Source: Minisyncoccia bacterium (GTDB taxonomy: Bacteria; Patescibacteriota; Minisyncoccia; Moranbacterales; GCA-2747515). Taken from it: 64,000 nucleotides of DNA. Shown here piece after piece: positions 18,301 to 27,089 of the stretch (within the stretch, counting starts at the first letter, position 1; each line of letters opens with the position of its first letter). The DNA lies in the NCBI GenBank assembly GCA_041738235.1, contig JBGSQF010000018.1, positions 1,404-65,403 of the forward strand. Direction: 5' to 3'. Both the position numbers and the translations under genes were made by a program. The notes beneath the pieces were generated by a model that saw only the letters and a list, made by a program, of their open reading frames with translations, did no database searches and was not told the origin of the DNA.

Positions 18301-18422
18301 GCAGTGAGATAGAAAAGAAGGCTATAGAAGAAGGAATGATAACTATGCAACAGGACGGTGCTCTCAAAGTTGTGGAAGGCGTTACGAGCATAGAAGAAGT
18401 GGCGAGAGTAACAGAGTTTTAG
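15384..18422 (+). CDS. pilB: Type IV pilus/T2SS assembly ATPase (PilB/GspE family) with two tandem ATPase units
   Basis: Two sets of SDIH/GDIH, GPTGSGKTT, RQDPD/RQNPD..GEIRD, TGH..LST.HTN and Cys motifs. Confidence 0.85.
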   Translation: MTTQTLNKNITKSEKDRSEKTTKTLSAMRTRSEEEHALGLALAMRLPYMDLHLMPVDADDVLNMPLEDSKRLLAGVFVKRGRSVRIGAVVPDSPELGEYIEQLEEKKGWSVELYVISQTSLDKLWELYSKRNLLDNLDTMKIDLDREDLEKFEENFGDIIKLRDRMEELPTSELIALVFSGAIKMKASDIHFEVNENDVRMRYRLDGVLNDIGSFPLRSYKLVVSRIKMMSKLKLNVRSRAQDGHFSLSADENKGSGRIDVRVSIIPSRYGESIVMRILRQDSILLGVEDLGLRGRAYERLQEAIGQTNGMVLTTGPTGSGKTTTLYAIINKLNKSDIKIITIENPVEYEIAGISQTEVTKEGYDFSQGLRAIVRQDPDVILVGEIRDDETASVAVNAALTGHLVLSTVHTNNAVDTIPRLVELGVKPSLIGPSINVAIAQRLVRRLCTHCRETYVPAKDTIQMLQKILAVISPKAGVVIPSKIETLYRAKGCAKCNNIGYSGQVGIFEVLGMSDEIQKLIDAMRPHGEILKVAVEEGMVAMEQDGILKAIEGETSIEEVWRVAGEGDFLKELYEELMQQTLGRALLLSHEILDDVEQNAKTKELFAEHIKNVPVEKLLPFIFSGALLFDAGDIHIEPAKDSFSVRFRIDGILQTMAELPRTQYPGLLGEVKVLSGLKSQAVAGTADSRFSIQKEGLEDQPGEGSVDIRVSILMGGYGETVVLRLLNTAAVALDLEKLGIREQNLKKIKKQMSRPNGFFCNTGPTGSGKTTTLYSILKILNSPDIKIMTVEDPIEYRLDGILQTQVNAEEGYTFSNALRTLLRQNPDIIMIGEIRDDETAQIAAQAALTGHFVLSTLHTNNAIGSIQRLLNVGVSPDNLAELANGFMAQRLIRVLCECKREKEATEEEKKRLTDVLKTISSQSGVVVPPVGKIYEPGGCEKCRGLGYRGRSVISEVLTVDGSIQELIAQRALSSEIEKKAIEEGMITMQQDGALKVVEGVTSIEEVARVTEF

Positions 18423-18465
18423 AAGAGGATCTTTGGGAGAAGAAATTTCAGTATGGGTATGGAGT

Positions 18466-18497
18466 AAAAAACAAAAAACACCCCGTGAGGGGTGTTT
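18466..18497 (-). terminator. Intrinsic terminator, possibly bidirectional
   Basis: AAACACCCC-GTGA-GGGGTGTTT with an A-run on the left (U-tail on the minus strand). Confidence 0.75.
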
Positions 18498-18672
18498 GAG
18501 GTTCCATTCTTAATCATCTGTAGACAGTCCCAACGCACTGAAGCATTGGGGTAAGATCGGTGTCCAGGTGTGAACCAGCCGAGACCAGCCCATCCGATTG
18601 AAAACGAAAGATCCCGACTGAGGAGAAAAGATAGAACTCCCCAGGTGTCTACAGATAAATTAAGAACGTAAC
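18470..18672 (-). ncRNA. Putative ~200-nt structured ncRNA (6S-like or novel)
   Basis: Closing stem of about 20 bp (18506-18526 with 18646-18667), internal hairpins, own promoter and terminator, no ORF in the track. Confidence 0.65.
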
Positions 18673-18677
18673 TGTCA

Positions 18678-18706
18678 ATCCTAGCATAGAATCAAAATCT
18701 TGTCAA
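18678..18706 (-). promoter_or_regulatory. Sigma70 promoter of the putative ncRNA
   Basis: TTGACA, 17 nt, TAGGAT with extended TG. Confidence 0.7.
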
Positions 18707-18779
18707 GAGTCAAATTTTGCTTTATCATAAGATATGATACAGTGAGAAAGCATCAATTATTTCATAATATTTTATCTAT

Positions 18780-20219
18780 ATGTTCCTCGCGAAAAAGACA
18801 AAGATCGTAGCGACCATTGGCCCGGCATCCTTGGAGAAAGAGGTGTTAAGAAAGCTCTTACGATCAGGGATGAATATGGCCCGACTTAATTTCTCGCACT
18901 CCGACCATCCATGGCACAAGAGCGCTATTGATGTGCTTCGGGAGGTATCTCGGGAAGAGCAGCTTCCTTTGGCTATTTTGGCTGACCTTCAAGGACCAAG
19001 AATTCGTACGCTTGTTTCTGACCCTGTCGAGATCGCTGAGGGAGAAGATGTAGTGTTTTTCGAGAAACCTGAACAGGCGCCAGAGGGGAAAAAGAGCATT
19101 GGTATCGATCAACCGGAGATCCTGAAGCAGTTGAAGGTGGGACAAAATATTCTTATAGAGGATGGAAAATACAGTTTTGAGATCACAAAAGAAGGCGCGA
19201 AAGAGTGTACTACCAAGTCTTTGCGCACAGGGATCATACAAAATCACAAAGGAATGAATTTTCCCAATGCCAACCTTGTATTGTCTGCTCTTACGGAAAA
19301 AGATAAAAGTGATCTTTCTTTTGCTCTGGGCGAGAAAGTGGAGTATGTAGCCCTTTCATTCGTCGGAAGTAAGGAGAATGTTTTTGAGTTACGAGACCTC
19401 ATAAAACCGTTCGTGGTAGAGGGAGAATATGAGCCAGAGATCATTGTAAAGATCGAACGACAGGAAGCACTTCGAAACCTTGATGAAATACTTGCTGTAA
19501 CGGACGTGGTGATGGTGGCGCGTGGAGATCTGGCAACGGAGGCGGGAGCGAGTCGTGTGACAGTGCTTCAGAAGGAGATCATTCGCAAGAGTCTTGCGCA
19601 GACGAAACCAGTGATCGTGGCAACTCAAATGTTGGAGAGCATGATGGTAAACCCACAACCAACACGTGCTGAGATCAGTGATGTTTCCAACGCTGTTATC
19701 GATCATGCCGACGCTGTCATGTTGTCGGGTGAAACGGCCGGAGGAAAGTATCCAGTCGAGTGTGTTTCAACGATGAGCTCTATAATTCGAGATACGGAGG
19801 AGTCACCCTTTGATGATATTGTGAAACGACTTGAGGTGTCCGTGCAGTCGAAGTATTTTCACGTTGTCCAGGGCGTATATCAATTATCACAGAGTGAGAA
19901 TGTTTCGGCTATTTTGGTGGTGACACATTCTGGTACGACGGCGCGCTTGCTTTCGCATTTTCGTCCGAAAGTTCCGATCTATGTGGTGACACCACGAGAG
20001 GATGTGTACCGAAAACTCGCCCTTCTTTGGGGTGTCATTCCTTATCTCATGGAGGGTACGGCAGTAGGAAAAGATGAGGATGAGCGGGGGACGGTTCGGG
20101 CATTTGAAAAGATGTTGGTGGAAAAGGGTCTCTTAAAGGAAGGTGATCAGGTGGTGAGCGTATTTCGTACCGCTGGGGAGAAAACAAAGACGGTGGAATT
20201 TCGAGAAAGGGGAATATAA
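18780..20219 (+). CDS. pyk: Pyruvate kinase
   Basis: KTKIVATIGPAS, ARLNFSH, DLQGP, MVARGDL, ATQMLESM, PTRAE, VMLSGETA. Confidence 0.97.
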   Translation: MFLAKKTKIVATIGPASLEKEVLRKLLRSGMNMARLNFSHSDHPWHKSAIDVLREVSREEQLPLAILADLQGPRIRTLVSDPVEIAEGEDVVFFEKPEQAPEGKKSIGIDQPEILKQLKVGQNILIEDGKYSFEITKEGAKECTTKSLRTGIIQNHKGMNFPNANLVLSALTEKDKSDLSFALGEKVEYVALSFVGSKENVFELRDLIKPFVVEGEYEPEIIVKIERQEALRNLDEILAVTDVVMVARGDLATEAGASRVTVLQKEIIRKSLAQTKPVIVATQMLESMMVNPQPTRAEISDVSNAVIDHADAVMLSGETAGGKYPVECVSTMSSIIRDTEESPFDDIVKRLEVSVQSKYFHVVQGVYQLSQSENVSAILVVTHSGTTARLLSHFRPKVPIYVVTPREDVYRKLALLWGVIPYLMEGTAVGKDEDERGTVRAFEKMLVEKGLLKEGDQVVSVFRTAGEKTKTVEFRERGI

Positions 20220-20322
20220 AGTCGATGTGCAATAAATGACGCAAGGTATATGGGCGGGAGTGTATTTCCGCCCTTGAAATTATCTCTTGTGCATGATACG
20301 TTGTTGTTTGTGGGTTATATTT

Positions 20323-20409
20323 GGAGAGGTCGCATAGTGGTCGAGTGCACCGCCTTGGAAAGGCGGCATACCTTCACCGGTATCGAGAGTTCGAATCTCT
20401 CCCTCTCCG
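20323..20409 (+). tRNA. tRNA-Ser(GGA)
   Basis: Acceptor GGAGAGG/CCTCTCC, anticodon arm CCGCC-TTGGAAA-GGCGG, long variable arm, GTTCGAATC; CCA not encoded. Confidence 0.95.
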
Positions 20410-20619
20410 CATTAAGTATTTAGTATCGAGGATGATTTTGGAGCCTTGAAACAAATAACAAAAACAGTTTAGAAGCTGTTGTTTTTTGTCCTTTATTCTT
20501 ATCCATCTTTCCCAAATAAAAAACCGATCCCTTGATCGGCTCAACTCTGTTATTACAGATCATTTCTCTCCAAAGCGCGTCCCTGCGCTCTTTCTGATTC
20601 CTTTCTTTTTCTCGCCCGC

Positions 20620-20937
20620 CTATTGGGCCTCTATCGACCCGTGGCTGATGAAGCGGCGGTCGCCGGAGCAGCCGTCGTACAACGTCAGGTTGATGGGATC
20701 TCCGTTCTTGAACGCCAGAAACATATAGGCGTGCATCTCTTTGAAGTTCCCGTTGCTCCGAGAGAGATGGAAGAAGTTTGATCCGCAGCCGTTCCCGGTG
20801 TCGGTGAGTACGACGATGTCGGATGGATCAATGTAGATGCGGTTGATGTGAACATAGTTGATCTCCTCTTCCGCAGTGACGGAGCTTGCTGCCAGGGAAA
20901 GCAGGAGAGCACAAACAGCGATGAGGTCTTGTCTCAT
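20620..20937 (-). CDS. Small secreted protein with two cysteines
   Basis: AGAGGA RBS before ATG 20937; signal peptide MRQDLIAVCALLLSLAASSVTA. Confidence 0.7.
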   Translation of the reverse strand: MRQDLIAVCALLLSLAASSVTAEEEINYVHINRIYIDPSDIVVLTDTGNGCGSNFFHLSRSNGNFKEMHAYMFLAFKNGDPINLTLYDGCSGDRRFISHGSIEAQ

Positions 20938-20974
20938 GAGGTGTTTCCTCTGTTGCGTTGTGGATTGATGACCT

Positions 20975-23848
20975 TCAATCATCGAGCAGGAGCATAAGGA
21001 ATAGGTCATCTTCTTCCTTTTGCGTCATGGGAGGCGGATCAGGGTTTGGTTGAGTCGGGACAGACACCTCGATACCACCTTCTTCGAGACAGTTGTTTCC
21101 GTTGTTTGTCTCTACGAGATTTGCGGTAACGCAGGTCTTCAACGTGTACATCCCTTCTTGCAAAGGAGCCGTTGCGTTGAGAGATATTTGTGTTTGCGCT
21201 CCGCTTGGCAGATTGCCTGCCGAGATGGTGGTGCTTCCCATGGTGTACTGTGTTCCACCAGTATGGATAAGCGTTGAGGTAACGGTTGCGTCATTGGGAA
21301 TGCCGCTTCCGTAATTGTGAACGACACTCTGAACCGTGAAGTTGCTTCCGGTATCGAGCGCGTAAGAGCCATCAATCCCCGTAGCTGTAATGGCGAGGTC
21401 ATAGGAAGGTGGTGGAGGTGGAGGTGGAGGTGGAGGAGCATCTATCTCGTAGCAGAGGTAGTTGTCATCCCACGTATGCGGGTCGGAAGGTTCACTCCAT
21501 TGCACGCACTGTTTCCCGCTTAACGGTCCCGCACTGCCCCATGAGAAATGCACGGGACTTTCCGTCGGCACGCACAGATAGTTGTCGTTCCATGAGTCAG
21601 AGTCAGCCGATTCGCTTATCTGTGTACACCGCATGCCACCAATCGGACCAGCACTACTCCATTGAATGCCATACTCCTTTGTGGAGCAGAAGTAGTTATC
21701 GCTCCAGGCATCAGGATCAGCACTTTCCGCTATCTGCGTGCAGTGGGCACCACTTACCGGACCAGCGTACGACCACACGAAAGATCCATCCGGACTCGTG
21801 GGGAAGTTCGTGACCGTAAATCCCATCACTTGGCAGTTGTTTCCCTCATTCAGCTCCGGCTCATCTCCCTGATAGTCGGCGCAGCATTGGTACGTGCGAC
21901 TGCCTACGTCCCCAAGTCTGAATCCATCGATCATGTGCTCCATCTTTGTGTACCCAACCCTAAGGTCGGATGCATCCAGCCCATCGTCTCCACGATAGTT
22001 ATCTTGGTTGACGTAGTATGCCAGACGATTTCCATTTTGGACATTGCGGTTTCCCTGATTCTTTACCTCGCAGAACGGGTGTACGATTGAGTCTTTCGGA
22101 ATGAAAGTCCCTGGCGTCACAGTCTGTCCTGCGTCTGTTTCGAGGTAGAGATTCGAGACGACGAGATCGCTTTTGTACGGCATGACGTTGAGCGTCATAC
22201 TCTTACAGTTGTTCCCCTCGTTCATCTCTGGCACATCATTTCCGGTGTCTACGCAACAAGTGTAAACCCTGTTGCCTGTATCTCCCAATTTCCATTTGCT
22301 AAACACCGACTCCGTAGTTGTGCTCCCTACAGGAGGCTCACCTGAGTCAAGGTGATCATAGTCCCTTACTTCCCCGTCCATCTTATGTTCAACTGCAATC
22401 CCGATGGGACTGCTTATGCTTCCCTGACTCCCAATCACGCAACGAGGGATCCACTCCTGGTCCTCGATAGCGGTGGCGCCGTCGTAGTAGGCTGTTCCAC
22501 TTTCATCCGTCATATAGACCTGAGAAACGACAAAATCCGGTTTGAGGTTGGATATGGCATAGTGTTTCTCTTCGCTCGTGTTATACTCATCTGTCTCGAC
22601 CACCTTGTTAGTACAGTCGATCTTAACCCGGAAGTCGAGCGTAGAGTAACCCTCAGGAACAGTATAGGTTTTGGTCTCCGAGAGATCCATTCGCCCTTCG
22701 TCCAGCTTGGCGATGTGGATTTGGCCTTGCGCCCACTGAATCCATTCTCCATTGTCCAGTTCTGCGTAATAGCAAATCTGGATATACTCCGATCCATCGG
22801 GGTTCCAGTTGCCCGCATCACCTTCATCCGCCCAGACGTGGGCTTTGACATCGATCTTCATACCAGGAATCGCCGGTCGTGAAGTATTCCATTTCTCCCC
22901 ATCCTTTCCGTAGTAGTCAACGTCGTACTTAAGGTCGACGGGGGAATCGGGGTTGGAAATATTGTCAGTTGGTTCTCCCTCCTCCGGCGGATATCGATTT
23001 CCACTCCCAACAATGGGAACTTCCGTTGCTCCGATAACGCCACAGAACTCCGCTTGAGCAGTCGATACCCCAAGAGCGGACAAGAACATGCTCGCCACTC
23101 TGTCGCCCATTGACTGGTCAACGGACGTGAAGCACGCTCCTTCCGGCGGATTGCAGACGTAGCTATCCGCCTTGTTGTCCCAACATACACCTTTCTTACC
23201 CGTTGGATAAGCCTTGAAAAGCCTGTGGCTATCGGTTTCCAACACATAATGCTGGAACTGGTTGATCCACGGGATAGTGTCCACAACGGGATCGACAATT
23301 CCTGCCACCCAGAGATAGTCCAGATCAATGGTAAGTTGGATGTTTGAAACAACATCCACACCATCTTCCGGAAGATTCTCCTTGAAGTAGAAGAAGACGT
23401 AGTAGTCGGTCTCTGCTTCCAGGTTCTGCGGAAGAAGCACGTGTGCGGCATGGACGACGGAATTGTTTGGATTGGTCCAATAATCCAAGACTTCCGTATC
23501 GCGTCCTACCTGCGAGTTAGACGGAAATGTCGTCTCGATCCGATCCAACTCGATATAGCGATGATCTCCTTTTAGGACCGCTTCAACTTCGATGCCGAAG
23601 TCATGTGTCTGCAGAATTTGGATCGCTTCATCGTCAAAACGAAGTCGCGTAGCGATCGTATTGCCGTAAGCGATGGTTCTGCCTTTGTGGGATGACCATT
23701 CCTTCAATGAATCATCGGGATCATACTCATCCAAATACCAGTCCGCGATGCACGAAGCCTCGGTAATAGGAATGAGTCCTATGAGGCAGGCGGCATAACT
23801 GTGCGGGATGCACAGAATGCCAAGCAAAAAAGCGATAGCGTATCGCAC
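20975..23848 (-). CDS. Large secreted multidomain protein (CARDB-like domains, Cys/Trp repeats, poly-Pro linker)
   Basis: Signal peptide; PDFVV/SDLVV...E.NEGNNC CARDB-like units; ends LFLMLLLDD. Confidence 0.8.
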   Translation of the reverse strand: MRYAIAFLLGILCIPHSYAACLIGLIPITEASCIADWYLDEYDPDDSLKEWSSHKGRTIAYGNTIATRLRFDDEAIQILQTHDFGIEVEAVLKGDHRYIELDRIETTFPSNSQVGRDTEVLDYWTNPNNSVVHAAHVLLPQNLEAETDYYVFFYFKENLPEDGVDVVSNIQLTIDLDYLWVAGIVDPVVDTIPWINQFQHYVLETDSHRLFKAYPTGKKGVCWDNKADSYVCNPPEGACFTSVDQSMGDRVASMFLSALGVSTAQAEFCGVIGATEVPIVGSGNRYPPEEGEPTDNISNPDSPVDLKYDVDYYGKDGEKWNTSRPAIPGMKIDVKAHVWADEGDAGNWNPDGSEYIQICYYAELDNGEWIQWAQGQIHIAKLDEGRMDLSETKTYTVPEGYSTLDFRVKIDCTNKVVETDEYNTSEEKHYAISNLKPDFVVSQVYMTDESGTAYYDGATAIEDQEWIPRCVIGSQGSISSPIGIAVEHKMDGEVRDYDHLDSGEPPVGSTTTESVFSKWKLGDTGNRVYTCCVDTGNDVPEMNEGNNCKSMTLNVMPYKSDLVVSNLYLETDAGQTVTPGTFIPKDSIVHPFCEVKNQGNRNVQNGNRLAYYVNQDNYRGDDGLDASDLRVGYTKMEHMIDGFRLGDVGSRTYQCCADYQGDEPELNEGNNCQVMGFTVTNFPTSPDGSFVWSYAGPVSGAHCTQIAESADPDAWSDNYFCSTKEYGIQWSSAGPIGGMRCTQISESADSDSWNDNYLCVPTESPVHFSWGSAGPLSGKQCVQWSEPSDPHTWDDNYLCYEIDAPPPPPPPPPPSYDLAITATGIDGSYALDTGSNFTVQSVVHNYGSGIPNDATVTSTLIHTGGTQYTMGSTTISAGNLPSGAQTQISLNATAPLQEGMYTLKTCVTANLVETNNGNNCLEEGGIEVSVPTQPNPDPPPMTQKEEDDLFLMLLLDD
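21449..21783 (-). repeat. Three tandem ~38-aa coding repeats
   Basis: W..AGP..G..C.Q..E..D...W.DNY.C occurs three times. Confidence 0.85.
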
Positions 23849-23969
23849 GGTTTTTCACCTCTCAAGTTCTTAAAGGTCCATCTATTACGGTGTGTAGAGA
23901 AATCCTTATTCTCCCTACTGCCAGATTACATAAAAACGGGCAGAGGGGAGAAAAGATTTCTGATATGCC

Positions 23970-24488
23970 CTATTGCGACTGCATCTGTCTTTGCATTTCA
24001 TACGCTTCTTCCTCTATGTCATGTTGAATTTCACGATCAGTTTTATTACGTTCTCTCGTGCCAGTATCGTCCAAATGGTCGAGAACATTAAGTGCCATGT
24101 CCATGTAATCCAATGTCTCCTGCTGACATCGCTCTATGGTTCCCATATCTTCTCCTGCAGCAATTTTTTGCTCCAATCGTTCCTTGCGCTCTTGAAACAA
24201 TTCTTTTGCCCGTTCCTTAGTGATGCCGAGGTAATACAACGTCTCAAGGATGTCATATTCATTATATTTAGAATCCGTATTCATGCATTTCACGTTGTAG
24301 AAGAGATTGGAATATTGATAGTAAGCCCAACGATCCCCACCGGGACTAAAACTCTTAGGCGGAGACGCTACAAAGTATGTTATGAAGTTGGTAAGAAGAA
24401 TAGCAACAACAAAAATCAACACCATCACAATGATGTGCCTCTTCGTAAAACCTTGCTTTTGTGGCAAGTCTTGACTCTTTTGATCCAT
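23970..24488 (-). CDS. Hypothetical membrane-anchored protein
   Basis: N-terminal TM followed by a helical domain. Confidence 0.7.
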   Translation of the reverse strand: MDQKSQDLPQKQGFTKRHIIVMVLIFVVAILLTNFITYFVASPPKSFSPGGDRWAYYQYSNLFYNVKCMNTDSKYNEYDILETLYYLGITKERAKELFQERKERLEQKIAAGEDMGTIERCQQETLDYMDMALNVLDHLDDTGTRERNKTDREIQHDIEEEAYEMQRQMQSQ

Positions 24489-24587
24489 ATAGAATAGGCA
24501 GCTAAAAAAGTTATTTAGTCCATAAAATATTCACCACAAAGCATACCAGTGATACCAAGGCGAGTCAACAGTACGTCTAAAAACTTA

Positions 24588-24656
24588 AATAAGACATTAT
24601 TCTGTCTTATTCCCTAAAATGAGACAGGGGCTGTCCCGTGTCTCATTTGTCTCATT
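24588..24656. repeat. Five copies of the 9-mer AATRAGACA in both orientations
   Basis: 24588 and 24618 forward; 24603, 24639 and 24648 reverse. Confidence 0.8.
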
Positions 24657-24886
24657 TTGCCCTCAAAAACCCGACCCGACCTCTTTAAATCACAAGACTG
24701 GACAGACCCCTGAAAAAGCCTTACAATTCCCTACATTCATGGGTTCCAGACCGAGGTAGCCCGCCAATTTTCACTTTTTCCCGAAACGTAGGGGTGAGTT
24801 TCGCTGATCTCACTTCTTTGGTCAGTTGTCCCGCAGATTTTGTTTGTATAGTGTTCGAACTTGGTTCAGGAAACGATGCCCTGATT

Positions 24887-25708
24887 ATGAAGCACTCACT
24901 TTCACCAGAAGAAAGAAAGAAGTTTCTCGGACGACACGAGGAACTTTTTCGTGATTTTACGGGACGTGAGGAACTACTTCAAACGATCACCAGATATAAG
25001 AGTTACCCGCATAAGCTTTTTCCTACGACACTGAGAGCACATCAACATCAAGTGGCGGCATTTGTCGCCTATTTCCTCAATGAGTTTCCGGAGCTGTCTC
25101 AAAAAGCAGGTCTTGATGAAGAAAGGATGATCGTTATGGCCTGGATACACGATGACAATGAGGTGGATATGAGGCATGGTGATATCCAATCGGCAAGTGA
25201 GGTGCATAGAACCAAAAAAGAAAACGAGGATCTTTTATCTGATATACAGCAGTCAATACAATGTACTGCTGCTCGATTTCCGGAGAAGGTGGGAGGGTTT
25301 TTGTATCGAGAGCTATTGGAAGATGTGGGTATGCGGGTAGATAGCCGTGAGAGCCAGTTGGTAAAATTTTGTGACAAGATGGTGGGTTTTGGGGAGGCGC
25401 TTCACGAAATACATGCAGGGAATACAACATTTTCTACCGGGATGATCGATCCCAATTTTGGAAGGTAAAATGCGCATCCTATGCAGTACTATGGAAACTA
25501 TTTAAAGAAACTCTCAGAAAAGCTCCCACTTTTTTTCGAATTAATGAGGCAATATCCTCATCTAATAGGTATTGCCCCAGAAGCAGGAGCGATCTTTTCT
25601 CAAGCGCACTATGCTTTTTGGAAAGAGGCGCTTCTGGAGTATGCTCCGCAAGAAGAGATCGTTCGACTATTCTCGGGAAAAAGAGGATCTCACCTTTCTC
25701 GTTCATAG
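24887..25708 (+). pseudogene. HD-domain hydrolase (YfbR-like) interrupted by an in-frame TAA
   Basis: ITRY, AH, WIHDD.E, GDI and VKFCDK motifs; TAA at 25466-25468, same frame continues NAHPMQYY to 25708. Confidence 0.6.
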
Positions 25709-25750
25709 GGAGGGGTGTATGATAAATATGGAATATTTAAAATAAAATAT

Positions 25751-26293
25751 ATGAACAAAAAGATTGTGCTTGTGGCGATCGGTTTCTTTCTTCTTGGATT
25801 TATGGTGGCATCTTCGTTCGTTATTTGGGATCTAAAAGATCGGGGAATAAATGGGATTGGTAATGGAACGATGTCTGGACCCACTCCTTACGAACCGCCA
25901 CACGGCGTAACACCTGGGGGTCCTGTGATAGGAGGTGATCGAGATGAGCATGGCTGTCTTACTCCCGCGGGATATTCTTGGTGTGAGAGCAAGCAGAAAT
26001 GTCTTCGTGCTTGGGAGGAGTCCTGTGGGGACAAGGGGTCGCAGGGTGATTGTCGGATCCTTAACTGTCATGGGCTGGACATCAGTTGTGGGGAAAGCGC
26101 GTCTTTTGCTTGTGATGCGATGTATCGAATAGGCGATAAGTGTCGCCAGTATGCGTCGTGCGTGGTCATTGAAGGGGAGTGTCAGCAAAAGGTGGATCCG
26201 AGGTTTGATGCTTGTAAAGCATGTGTAGCAACTTGTGAAAAAACGTATCAGAATGATCCTATGAAGTCGATGGATTGTGAGAGTTCGTGTTGA
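25751..26293 (+). CDS. Cys-rich exported protein
   Basis: TM/signal; GGDRDEHGC..PAGYSWCESKQKCLRAWEE motif; Cys-rich C-terminal domain. Confidence 0.75.
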   Translation: MNKKIVLVAIGFFLLGFMVASSFVIWDLKDRGINGIGNGTMSGPTPYEPPHGVTPGGPVIGGDRDEHGCLTPAGYSWCESKQKCLRAWEESCGDKGSQGDCRILNCHGLDISCGESASFACDAMYRIGDKCRQYASCVVIEGECQQKVDPRFDACKACVATCEKTYQNDPMKSMDCESSC

Positions 26294-26443
26294 AGTTCTG
26301 TTTTTTTGAAGGTGAAAGAGGTTGAAATATCCAACCTCTTTTTTTATGTGTGTACGAAGTGGTTGAAGGATAAGAGGATTGACAGAAGATGGGATCTGTT
26401 TTATTGTTTTGGTGCAGAAATTCCTGCAGGCGGAGCGAAAACA

Positions 26444-26893
26444 ATGTCTCAAGAAGTTAAATATCCGACGCCAGGATGGAACAGGGAGCTTGCCGATCTG
26501 CTGGGTCGTGCGGAGCATCTCTACTCGCATCCTGTTGGTCCAGCAAATCGCATGTCTGTTTCGATCTACGGAAGGGATGGGAGTGTGACGCGTTTGGAAT
26601 CGAAACGGGCAGCGGGTTCAAAGCTGGTCGTTGCACACATACTCGGTGTACTGGGGGGACCGAACCGGGTGGATGTCATGCATTCCAGTGTGCGAATTCT
26701 CGCGGGTGGCGTGTACAATATTGGGTCAACGGTGACAGGAATCATCGGTGTCGGGACGGATCATCGGGTGCTCACGCGTTATTTCCACGAGCACGCCGAA
26801 GACGAACTGGCACACCCCGGTAACCATGGGGCCATTCGTGCCCTGATCAACATCTGCGAGAAGGGTGGAACGATCAAGCTGACCATCAACTAA
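26444..26893 (+). CDS. Hypothetical protein
   Basis: Promoter TTGACA-17-TATTGT (26379-26407), GGAG RBS, terminator hairpin near 26915-26950. Confidence 0.6.
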   Translation: MSQEVKYPTPGWNRELADLLGRAEHLYSHPVGPANRMSVSIYGRDGSVTRLESKRAAGSKLVVAHILGVLGGPNRVDVMHSSVRILAGGVYNIGSTVTGIIGVGTDHRVLTRYFHEHAEDELAHPGNHGAIRALINICEKGGTIKLTIN

Positions 26894-27089
26894 CGGAAGC
26901 TGGAAAAAATCGAGAAGGGTGGGAAGTGCGAACGTGCATACCCACCCTTTTTAAAAACAAGTAGATCACCACGAAAAGTGTGGTCGTGTATTCCTTTGAG
27001 AAACGGGTCGGTAATTTCGAGTATGAAATAAAAAATCCTATTTATTGTAATAGAAGTATAATTTCCACAATGTCTAGAGGGAAAATACA

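Noticed and set aside
24699-24815. Possible small RNA or SRP-like hairpin after TGGACA-17-TACAAT
   Set aside because: The CCCTAC/GTAGGG stem begins upstream of the expected TSS and the SRP GNRA/AGCAG motif is absent; support too weak
26444-26893. Deaminase suggested by an HAE motif
   Set aside because: No downstream PCxxC zinc motif
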